From an uncultured Spirochaetales bacterium (GTDB taxonomy: Bacteria; Spirochaetota; Spirochaetia; DTKZ01): a stretch of 55,325 nt of DNA. The position numbers and the translations under genes were made by a program. The notes beneath the pieces are model-generated. The model was given only the letters and a program-made list of their open reading frames with translations, was not told the DNA's origin and ran no database searches. Positions within the stretch are counted from its first letter, which is position 1; each line of letters starts with the position of its first letter. Below, one piece after another: positions 46,163 through 53,702 of this stretch. The stretch is taken from contig CALKLC010000146.1 of NCBI GenBank assembly GCA_937991975.1, forward strand, positions 1 through 55,325, read 5' to 3'.

Positions 46163-46693
46163 ATGGTAGGCATGGAAACAGCAGAAGCTCGCGAGGTGTA
46201 CGGATACCTCAAAGGGACACCCCTGTTTACCTATTTTGAGGAAAAATCTATGATGGATCTCCTCCAGAACTCCCGGCTGATTCGGTGTGATACGGAGCAG
46301 CGAGTAATACAGGAAGGGGAGGTGGTTCCAGAGTTCTACCTGGTGGCACGGGGAAGCGTGGATGTAACGGTAAGTGAAGGGGATCGTGAGGTTTTCATCA
46401 GCACCATCGGGGAGGGTGAATTCTTCGGGGAAGCGGGACTGTTTGCCCGGGTAAGGAGGACAGCCAACGTGGTAGCTTCTGACGGGACCGTTTTGGTAGC
46501 GGTCAATAGAGCATTCTTCCTTTCCTTTCTTCAAAAAAGACCCAAAGCAGGGATTCAGTTCCTCATGCTGATCATCTACAGTTTGCTGAAGAAACTGCGT
46601 ACTGTAAATCAGGAGCTGGCCTTTGAACGAAAGTTCGATATCGATCAGGAGGACATCGATGACATCATACGGGGTATTCTGGAAGAAAAATAA
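46163..46693 (+). CDS. Cyclic-nucleotide-binding-domain protein
   Basis: 176 aa. The FFGEAGLFARVRRTANVVA phosphate-binding-cassette pattern. No attached effector domain. Confidence 0.75.
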   Translation: MVGMETAEAREVYGYLKGTPLFTYFEEKSMMDLLQNSRLIRCDTEQRVIQEGEVVPEFYLVARGSVDVTVSEGDREVFISTIGEGEFFGEAGLFARVRRTANVVASDGTVLVAVNRAFFLSFLQKRPKAGIQFLMLIIYSLLKKLRTVNQELAFERKFDIDQEDIDDIIRGILEEK

Positions 46694-47237
46694 CAAGCAT
46701 TATCAGAAGGCGCCCCCCTTTGCCCCTTTTGGGAGGGCAATCGTCCCAAAAAGGATCAATCAGGCAGGGATCAACGGAGCTATAATCCTTACGGCTCTGG
46801 CTGTACTGAGCATCCTGCAAAGTTTCGTTTCCTGCGCGACTGTTCCCTATGTTCAGAAAGAAGAGAAAGTGGTGAAGCTAGTGGAGCTGATCAACCGGGG
46901 CGGAGTAAATGAAGTGCCTGGTCTGGCAAGTACACCCTTTCTGATCGATGGGGAAATCGTACTCCTCCAGAAGGATCTTTCGGAATTCTGGGAAAACCTG
47001 CACAAGAATGGGTTCAGTATCCGCAGTCCTAAAGTTGTGCAGAATCGGTTCGTCCGCGTGGAGGACGCGAAGGTGTTCCGGGATTCCATGGAAGTGCGTA
47101 CTTTCCTGAAGAAGTATGTGGATCGGGATACATCCCTCGTGCAGGTTCAGTCCGCGGACGGCACGTACTATTTTCTCCTCAGCAGGGAGGTTAAGGGGTA
47201 TCCCAGGATGCTTGGGTTCGGGGGGCCAGTACGATGA
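46659..47237 (+). CDS. Hypothetical lipoprotein or secreted protein
   Basis: Part of ORF 46623..47237. Hydrophobic AIILTALAVLSILQSFVSC (possible lipobox). Start uncertain, because no start codon in frame follows the upstream stop. Confidence 0.4.
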   Translation: MTSYGVFWKKNNKHYQKAPPFAPFGRAIVPKRINQAGINGAIILTALAVLSILQSFVSCATVPYVQKEEKVVKLVELINRGGVNEVPGLASTPFLIDGEIVLLQKDLSEFWENLHKNGFSIRSPKVVQNRFVRVEDAKVFRDSMEVRTFLKKYVDRDTSLVQVQSADGTYYFLLSREVKGYPRMLGFGGPVR

Positions 47238-48436
47238 AGATGAATATCAATCCAGTTTTAAGCCGGAAAAAGCAGATTCCCCATCGGGAACAGGTGCGGG
47301 TTTTGTCTTCGAGGGGGGCTCTTGCCCATGCGGATAAACCCACCTCTTTTGGGAAGAGAGCCTCTTTGAGGAAATTTGCCCCAGCGGGGGGGATTCCATC
47401 CGTAATTAACCGTGCCTTTGCGGTTAGAATCGCCTGTACGGTTCTTCTCCTTTTCTTCGCGATGGCTGGCTTTGGCCAGGAAGCTGTCGCTGTGTACGTG
47501 CAGGGGGAGGCGAACGCGAAGAATTTGCAGGGTAAACTTCTTCCTCTGGAAATCGGAGATCCTCTGAAAAGCGGGGAGTCGGTCATCACCAAGACCACAG
47601 GACGGGCTGATCTGGAGCTGCCCAATAAGAGTCTGATCCAGGTGAAACCGAACACGGTATTCACCCTATCTGAAGTGGAATTGGAGGGGGAAAAGCAAAC
47701 CGTCCTGGCTACCACAGTCGGCTCTGTATCCTACCGGCTGAACAAGTTCACGGGCCGGGGGCCGTCCATCCGGACAGCCGGGGCAGTGGCGGGTGTGCGG
47801 GGAACGGATCTTACCGTGTATGCAGGAGCGGACGGCTCCACCCTCGTGGTGGTGGAACAGGGGGCGGTGGCAGTGGAAGCGGTCGGCAAAGAGGTGACCC
47901 TGGAAAAGAACGAGGCGGTGGAGGTGAAACCGGGTAGTCCGCCGGGAGAGAAGTTCAGCTGGATCGGGAAGCAGATCGACTACAGCACCTGGAACCAGGG
48001 GAAAATGGAGGAGTTTCTGAAAGACCCCGTGGCCGGAATCGAGCGGGTGGCCCTGCAGCTGGAGATCTACCGGAAAGGACTGGCCGATACCCTGCCCCTT
48101 CTTCGGAAGGCAGAAACAGAGGTCAATAAAGTGTACGAGGATCTAAAAAAGGCGGTAGAGGCAAAGGATGAGGCGCGGGCTGCTCAGCTTCGGGAAGAGC
48201 TCCTGAAAGGAGTGGGAAAGGACCGGCGGATCCTATTCCTCAACATGCGGTTCTATGCCTTATCCTACCTATCTTTGCGGCGGTACGTGGTGGGCGGTTT
48301 GTACATTCAGATGAAGAGCCGCTACATTACCAAACCCACTGCTGTGGTGTACCAGGAGTTCCTGGAACGGTACAGGGACATTCTACAGAAGTACGAAGAG
48401 ACGATCGTGCCCCAGCTGGTGGAGGCGGATATTTAG
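47234..48436 (+). CDS. FecR-domain protein with a C-terminal helical region
   Basis: 400 aa. ATGA overlap with the preceding ORF. TM/signal stretch IACTVLLLFFAMAGFG, FecR-like beta region GESVITKTTGRADLELPNKSLIQVKPNTVFTL ... GVRGTDLTV ... VEQGAVAV. Confidence 0.6.
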   Translation: MKMNINPVLSRKKQIPHREQVRVLSSRGALAHADKPTSFGKRASLRKFAPAGGIPSVINRAFAVRIACTVLLLFFAMAGFGQEAVAVYVQGEANAKNLQGKLLPLEIGDPLKSGESVITKTTGRADLELPNKSLIQVKPNTVFTLSEVELEGEKQTVLATTVGSVSYRLNKFTGRGPSIRTAGAVAGVRGTDLTVYAGADGSTLVVVEQGAVAVEAVGKEVTLEKNEAVEVKPGSPPGEKFSWIGKQIDYSTWNQGKMEEFLKDPVAGIERVALQLEIYRKGLADTLPLLRKAETEVNKVYEDLKKAVEAKDEARAAQLREELLKGVGKDRRILFLNMRFYALSYLSLRRYVVGGLYIQMKSRYITKPTAVVYQEFLERYRDILQKYEETIVPQLVEADI

Positions 48437-48449
48437 CCCCGTTGTGCAC

Positions 48450-48629
48450 AGCGGGCAGGCGCGTACCGGGAGGGTGTATACTGGGCTGGGGCGTGGCTGT
48501 ATGGCGAATAGCGGTCTGGCGCGTACCAGCCTGGTTTAGACTTTGCCGGCGCGTTCCGGCATGGTATGTACCGGGCGGAAGCGTAGCAGTATGGCGTGGA
48601 GATATCTGACGCGCCTGCACGCTAACTAT
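48450..48629. repeat. Six degenerate 30-bp tandem repeats (core GGCGCGT ... TATGG)
   Basis: Units start at 48450, 48480, 48510, 48540, 48570 and 48600. They align in phase, with the conserved G(C/G)GCGT at unit positions 10-15 and ATGG near 22-25. Confidence 0.7.
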
Positions 48630-48660
48630 GGGAGTAAACGAAAGAGGGAGGAGGAAATCC

Positions 48661-49398
48661 ATGACGAAAAGAACCTTTATGCAAAGAAATAAAAGTGAAG
48701 GAAGAAGCGGCCGTGTGGGAACAGGGGTAACTGTGGCCGCTGGGCAGAGCGTTAGCGCGCTCGATAGATCAAGGGAAGAGGGCGCTGGAGTGCTCGATAG
48801 AGTAATCGGCAAAAACAAGGGCCTGCTCGACAGCTCTGCAGTAAAAACCGCAACGGTCTCTAGAAGCCCGGCCGGAAGAAATACAGGTGAAAACAGAACT
48901 ATGTCGGTTTGTAGAACCGCCGCGGTCCGTGTTTCCCCGACTGAGGAAAAAGGCAAAACTACTGCTGTTCTGGCTAGAAAAGCCCGCATCGTCCTCGCAG
49001 TCCTGGCTGCCCTTACCCTTCTTACCCTGTTTTTCGGCTGCGACCTTTTCATGGCCAAGGGAGTTACCATCGAGGAACGGATCGACATGTTCATGAAGGA
49101 CGTGAACGCGGGGAATTACGGGAAGTTGTATACCCACATTCATCCGGATGCAGAATTGTATGAGCAAACTAAATCTGCTGATTATTGGAATAAACCGGAT
49201 GTTTTTCCATCAGGTGAAAAGTATACCTTAGGGCTTGTTGTTCCGGTTGGGAACTTGGTAACTACGAAAATAAATAGCATGTCTAGATATGACAATGATA
49301 CTATTATATTCGAAATGGCAAAAGATGGAGATGATTATAAAATAAAGAAAATAACTATACAAACATCATTTATATTATATAACTTAGTTTCAAGATAA
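48661..49398 (+). CDS. Hypothetical lipoprotein
   Basis: Part of ORF 48628..49398. ATG at 48661 after GGGAGGAGG. Long basic/low-complexity N-region, then IVLAVLAALTLLTLFFGC (lipobox). The mature domain is encoded by AT-rich DNA. Confidence 0.45.
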   Translation: MTKRTFMQRNKSEGRSGRVGTGVTVAAGQSVSALDRSREEGAGVLDRVIGKNKGLLDSSAVKTATVSRSPAGRNTGENRTMSVCRTAAVRVSPTEEKGKTTAVLARKARIVLAVLAALTLLTLFFGCDLFMAKGVTIEERIDMFMKDVNAGNYGKLYTHIHPDAELYEQTKSADYWNKPDVFPSGEKYTLGLVVPVGNLVTTKINSMSRYDNDTIIFEMAKDGDDYKIKKITIQTSFILYNLVSR

Positions 49399-49758
49399 AA
49401 GAGTTATTAATGGAGGCCGCCAATCCTACTATGAAAGGATGGCTGGCCCCACCTTCCTGCATGCTTCCCCATCCATTTGTATAGCGGGCGTGGCCTGAAG
49501 GGAAAGAAGCCTGTCTTTATCCTCAAATAGGGGAATCTTTTTAAGGTTCTGTATGGATATGAGTGACTCCGAAAATTGAACGTATCAGTTATAACTCGAA
49601 ATACGCTTGAGAAAATTGAGGGAACTTACTGTTTGATTCTTCTGCGAAATACTACTCTTCAATGTGTTCCCCTGTTTCAAACGATCATGGCTAACATCAT
49701 TCCCATTGTTCCTTGACAGGCAGCCAGGTTGCAAGAACTATAGAGAGGAGGAGGCTGT

Positions 49759-50208
49759 ATGCTAATCGGTATTTCACCTGTAATTGGTCCGGATCTACTA
49801 AACGTTTTGTACCGGATGGGGCATGGGGACGAACTGGTACTTGCGGATGCTTTTTTCCCGGGAGAGTCGTGCAACAGCCGAGTGATTCGGGCAGATGGTA
49901 TCCGTATCCCGGATTTACTGGACGGGATCCTGCGGTTGATCAATCTGGATACCTATGTGGCCCATCCACTGGTGATGATGGCTCCTGTTCCGGGAGACGA
50001 ACTGGATCCAGGGGTAGAACGTTCCTACCGCGAGGTGATCGATCGGTTGTGGCCCGGGACTCCTTCCATCGAGCGGATCGAGCGGTTTGCCTTCTATGAA
50101 CGGGCAAAGAAAGCCTTTGCCGTGGTAATGACAGGGGAAACAGTGAAGTATGCCAACATCATCCTGAAAAAGGGGGTAATTCCCATCTCGAGGCCGTTGG
50201 ATCATTAA
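49759..50208 (+). CDS. fucU: L-fucose mutarotase (RbsD/FucU family)
   Basis: 149 aa. [65 protein letters not shown]. Collinear with FucU as remembered. No other fucose genes nearby. Confidence 0.85.
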   Translation: MLIGISPVIGPDLLNVLYRMGHGDELVLADAFFPGESCNSRVIRADGIRIPDLLDGILRLINLDTYVAHPLVMMAPVPGDELDPGVERSYREVIDRLWPGTPSIERIERFAFYERAKKAFAVVMTGETVKYANIILKKGVIPISRPLDH

Positions 50209-50283
50209 TGACTCCTCTGGTGAGCCTGGTAGTGGGTTTCGGATTGAAGGACATACGACTAAAAGGGTGTTGTGTCGATGTTA

Positions 50284-50312
50284 TTGAATCTTACCTGCAT
50301 GTTTGTTATCAT
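50284..50312 (+). promoter_or_regulatory. Sigma-70-like promoter TTGAAT-17 nt-TATCAT
   Basis: TTGAAT 50284-50289, 17-nt spacer, TATCAT 50307-50312. Lies about 10-15 nt upstream of the riboswitch aptamer. Confidence 0.5.
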
Positions 50313-50321
50313 ATTGGCTAA

Positions 50322-50410
50322 TCGAGAGAGGCGATGAGGCTCGCCTTGAACCGCCGGTTTGGCTGATAGCCTCTATGAAGGGACTCCCCTCCATAGAGGC
50401 TTTTTTCTTT
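50322..50410 (+). promoter_or_regulatory. Fluoride riboswitch (crcB motif) with terminator expression platform
   Basis: GGCGAUGAGGCUCGCC-UUGAAC-CGCCGGUUUGGC-UGAUA-GCCUCUAU matches the conserved fluoride aptamer: P1 50330-33/50342-45 and pseudoknot GAGGCU 50336-41 with AGCCUC 50368-73. The 3' strand is shared with the terminator. Confidence 0.88.
50368..50410 (+). terminator. Rho-independent terminator (riboswitch expression platform)
   Basis: Stem AGCCTCTATG (50368-77) / CATAGAGGCT (50392-50401), followed by TTTTTTCTTT. Confidence 0.85.
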
Positions 50411-50427
50411 GGGGGGGCGTTAAGGGG

Positions 50428-50473
50428 AACGCCTAATAACAATAGGAAGAAACGCCCAATAACAATAGGAAGA
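50428..50473 (+). repeat. Tandem 23-bp direct repeat AACGCC(T/C)AATAACAATAGGAAGA x2
   Basis: 50428-50450 and 50451-50473 differ at one position. The repeat ends 17 nt before the ATG at 50491. Confidence 0.9.
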
Positions 50474-50490
50474 TAGGAATAGGCAGCGAG

Positions 50491-52029
50491 ATGAATAATT
50501 TTCCCACTGTAAGCATCCTGTTTGATAAAGATGTTTCCCTGGCACAGGCGGTTGCACAACCGGATTGCTTGCATGATCTGAATCTGGACCAACTTATAGA
50601 TGCTATTACCGGGCCAAAGCAGGAGTACGATTTAACCCCCTTTTTCTACACCCCTCTGCGGGATCCAGATACTGTGCGATATCGGCAGGAAGTGATGCGG
50701 GATCTGGAGAATGAATCTCTCATAGAGCACATCAAGGCTTTCTCGAAGGGAATGAGCACTGTCCGACGCTACCTGGGTATGGCGGAAAAATTGGACTTCG
50801 AGTATCACAGGATGGGCTGGACACTGGAGGCAGCCCTGGTTTACTGCGATACAGTAATGGCAGTATCCCCTCATCTGGCGACTGACTCCTTACGATCCCG
50901 CGGGTTAAGAGCGATCCGGGAGTACGTGGAGCAGTATGTTTCTTCACCTTCATTCCAGGTATTGGCATCCGAAGCGCGGCAGGTGAAGCAAGCTTTGGAA
51001 GAGGTGCAGTACTCTGTGATCATCGAGGGCGGCAAGTTCCGCGTAAAGCGGTACGAGGGCGAGGCAGAGTACGGCATAGAGGTGGAGAAAACTTTCGAGA
51101 AATTCAAACAAACCGACGCACAGGATTACCTGAAGCGGATCCCTGAAAGAAGCGGGATGAGCCACATCGAAGCAAAGATTCTCGAGTTCGTCGTTAAATT
51201 GTTCCCGGAACCCTTTGCCGCATTGACTCACTTCTGTAACCAGCGTTTCCCCTTCATCGACGAAAGGATTCAAACTTTTGACCGGGAGATCCAGTTTTAT
51301 CTGGCCTATCTGGATTTCATAGCCGATCTCAAGCGTCGGGGGCTGCCTTTCTGCTATCCCCAACTAAGCGCCGCAAGCAAGGAGATCTACCTGTACGACG
51401 GCTTTGACCTGGCTCTTGCCCATGCCCACCGGTATAACCAGCAGCCTATAGTTCTGAATGACTTTTCTCTACAGGATTCGAAGCGCATCCTTGTCGTTAC
51501 TGGACCCAATCAGGGGGGGAAGACCACGTTTGCCCGTATGTTTGGACAGGTCCATTACCTTGCAAGCCTTGGCTGTCCTGTGCCGGGACGGGAAGCGCGC
51601 CTTTTCCTTTTCGACCGAATCTTTACTCATTTTGAACGCGCAGAGGATGTTCGTACCCTGCGCAGCAAACTGGAAGATGACCTGTTCCGCATGCACTCCA
51701 TGCTCGCTCAGGCCACTCCTGAAAGCCTCTTTATCTTGAACGAGATTTTTACTTCTACGACAGTTCACGACGCCCTCCTGCTGAGTAGAGAGATCATGGC
51801 ACAGCTGACCGATAGGGATGTGCTGGCCTGCTGGGTCACCTTTCTGGACGAACTGGCTTCGCTGAATGAGAAAACCGTCAGCATGGTCGCTTTGGTCGAT
51901 CCAGAAGACCCTGCCAGACGCACCTTCAAGGTCGTACGGATGCCGGCCAACGGACTTGCTTACGCTATGTCGCTAGCCCGCAAATACCGCCTGACCCGTG
52001 AGCAACTCAAGGAACGGTTATCACCATGA
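50491..52029 (+). CDS. MutS-family ATPase paralog A (domain V only; no mismatch-binding or Smr domain)
   Basis: 512 aa. Walker A VVTGPNQGGKTTFARM, LRSKLEDDLFRM, Walker-B region SLFILNEIFTSTT, FLDEL. The N-terminal helical region has TPLRDPDTVRYRQEVMRDL, like the MutS core. Confidence 0.8.
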   Translation: MNNFPTVSILFDKDVSLAQAVAQPDCLHDLNLDQLIDAITGPKQEYDLTPFFYTPLRDPDTVRYRQEVMRDLENESLIEHIKAFSKGMSTVRRYLGMAEKLDFEYHRMGWTLEAALVYCDTVMAVSPHLATDSLRSRGLRAIREYVEQYVSSPSFQVLASEARQVKQALEEVQYSVIIEGGKFRVKRYEGEAEYGIEVEKTFEKFKQTDAQDYLKRIPERSGMSHIEAKILEFVVKLFPEPFAALTHFCNQRFPFIDERIQTFDREIQFYLAYLDFIADLKRRGLPFCYPQLSAASKEIYLYDGFDLALAHAHRYNQQPIVLNDFSLQDSKRILVVTGPNQGGKTTFARMFGQVHYLASLGCPVPGREARLFLFDRIFTHFERAEDVRTLRSKLEDDLFRMHSMLAQATPESLFILNEIFTSTTVHDALLLSREIMAQLTDRDVLACWVTFLDELASLNEKTVSMVALVDPEDPARRTFKVVRMPANGLAYAMSLARKYRLTREQLKERLSP

Positions 52030-53549
52030 AAGTGTTTCTCCTCTACCCTGACAGGGATTTCGATCTGTCAAAGCCATTGCCGCCCCTCATCGAGGCTCTG
52101 GAAAGAGATCTGGGGCTCGATATTCTTCTCAACACCATGGCTCAGGGTGATCGATTCCTCTACCAGGTGGCGCGGCAGGTTCTGCTGTCGATCCAGGACG
52201 ACTCTGCAGTGATTGCCTACCGTCAGGGAATTCTAGAGGATTGCCTCCAGCATGCCGGGGTTGTCCAGCAGCTCTACCGGATCCCCCTGGAGTTCCTGGA
52301 ACGGAAGCGCAAATACTTGCTGTGGATCTCCCTACGGCATTCCAGCCCCGGTTCTCTCCTCAGTAGTGCGCGGCAATTAATTGAATCCTCCCTCGACCTG
52401 CTGCGGCAGCTGCGTCAAATTGCCGACCAGAACTGTAAAACATTTGCTTCGGAAGGATTCCGTCGGTTCTTTCGCATGATTCAGCAGGAACTGAACGACG
52501 CATACCTGGAAGTTGTGAAAGGGCACATCCAGATGCTCCGTTTTCCCCACGGTGTCCTGCTCAGGGTGCGTTTAGGTAAGGGGAACGAGGGAGTGGATTA
52601 TGAGCTCTGCAAGCCCAACGGCGCGAACAAGAACTGGCTGCAACGACTTTTCACCTCCCGTTCACATAGCTATTCCTATACCCTTCACCCCCGTGATGAA
52701 GCTGGGGCCCGTATCTTGAGCGAGTTGCGTGACAGGGGGCTTGCCCTGACAGCGAATGCAGTTGCCCAGGCCGCCGAACATATCGAGAGCTTCCTCCATA
52801 TCTTGCAATGGGAACTGGCATTCTACATGGGATGTATGAATCTTTCCAATCAACTGACCGCGTGGGGTTTCCCTGTGGCATTCCCCCAGGTTGCACCCAC
52901 CTCCGAGCATGGGTTTTCCTGCAGGGGATTGTACGATGTCTCCCTGGCGCTAACGATGGGAAATGGTGTCGTAGGGAACGATGTGTCCGCCGAGGGAAAA
53001 CCGCTGGTGCTTATTACAGGGCCGAACAAGGGCGGCAAGACAACCTTTCTCCGTAGTGTGGGGCAAGCGTATCTGATGATGCAGAGCGGGATGTTTGTGC
53101 CGGCAGAAAGTCTCTCCGCCAGCCTGTGCTCGGGCCTTTTCACGCACTTCAAACGGGAGGAGGATGGGACAATGGAGAGCGGCAAATTCGATGAGGAACT
53201 CAGCCGCATGAGTACGATCGTTGATCATCTCACCCCACATGCGATACTCCTGCTGAACGAATCCTTTGCCGCCACCAACGAGCGAGAAGGTTCGCAAATT
53301 GCCTGGCAGATCGTCGATGCCCTTCTCGAAAAGGGCCTCCGGGTGTTCTATGTTACCCATCTCTACGAGTTTGCCCGCCGCTGTTACGAAGAGGAAGGAG
53401 AAAAAATCCTTTTCCTCCGTGCCGAAAGGCTACCGGATGGAACCCGTACCTTCCGACTCAAGGAAGCCCACCCAATGGAGACAAGCCATGGGATGGACCT
53501 GTACAGGAGGATATTTGGCGTCGAACGACAGAAGAGTATGGCCGGATGA
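52026..53549 (+). CDS. MutS-family ATPase paralog B (domain V only; no mismatch-binding or Smr domain)
   Basis: 507 aa. ATGA overlap with paralog A. Walker A LITGPNKGGKTTFLRS, SGKFDEELSRM, Walker-B region ILLLNESFAATNEREG, VTHLYEFA. Confidence 0.8.
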   Translation: MKVFLLYPDRDFDLSKPLPPLIEALERDLGLDILLNTMAQGDRFLYQVARQVLLSIQDDSAVIAYRQGILEDCLQHAGVVQQLYRIPLEFLERKRKYLLWISLRHSSPGSLLSSARQLIESSLDLLRQLRQIADQNCKTFASEGFRRFFRMIQQELNDAYLEVVKGHIQMLRFPHGVLLRVRLGKGNEGVDYELCKPNGANKNWLQRLFTSRSHSYSYTLHPRDEAGARILSELRDRGLALTANAVAQAAEHIESFLHILQWELAFYMGCMNLSNQLTAWGFPVAFPQVAPTSEHGFSCRGLYDVSLALTMGNGVVGNDVSAEGKPLVLITGPNKGGKTTFLRSVGQAYLMMQSGMFVPAESLSASLCSGLFTHFKREEDGTMESGKFDEELSRMSTIVDHLTPHAILLLNESFAATNEREGSQIAWQIVDALLEKGLRVFYVTHLYEFARRCYEEEGEKILFLRAERLPDGTRTFRLKEAHPMETSHGMDLYRRIFGVERQKSMAG

Positions 53550-53702
53550 ACCTGGCTTCCCAACCTGGTACGTGAACTTTAAAATTATTTTACCAAGAGA
53601 TTTTTGGGTAATAGTTAAAGGCACTAATGAATAAATAAGGAGAGTGTGGAAAAATAATAGTATAAACGTTATGATAGAACGATAAGTCTGGAAGGTGAAG
53701 CT

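Noticed and set aside
48450-48629. CRISPR array
   Set aside because: The units abut one another without unique spacers, are only about 50-70% identical, and no cas genes are present.
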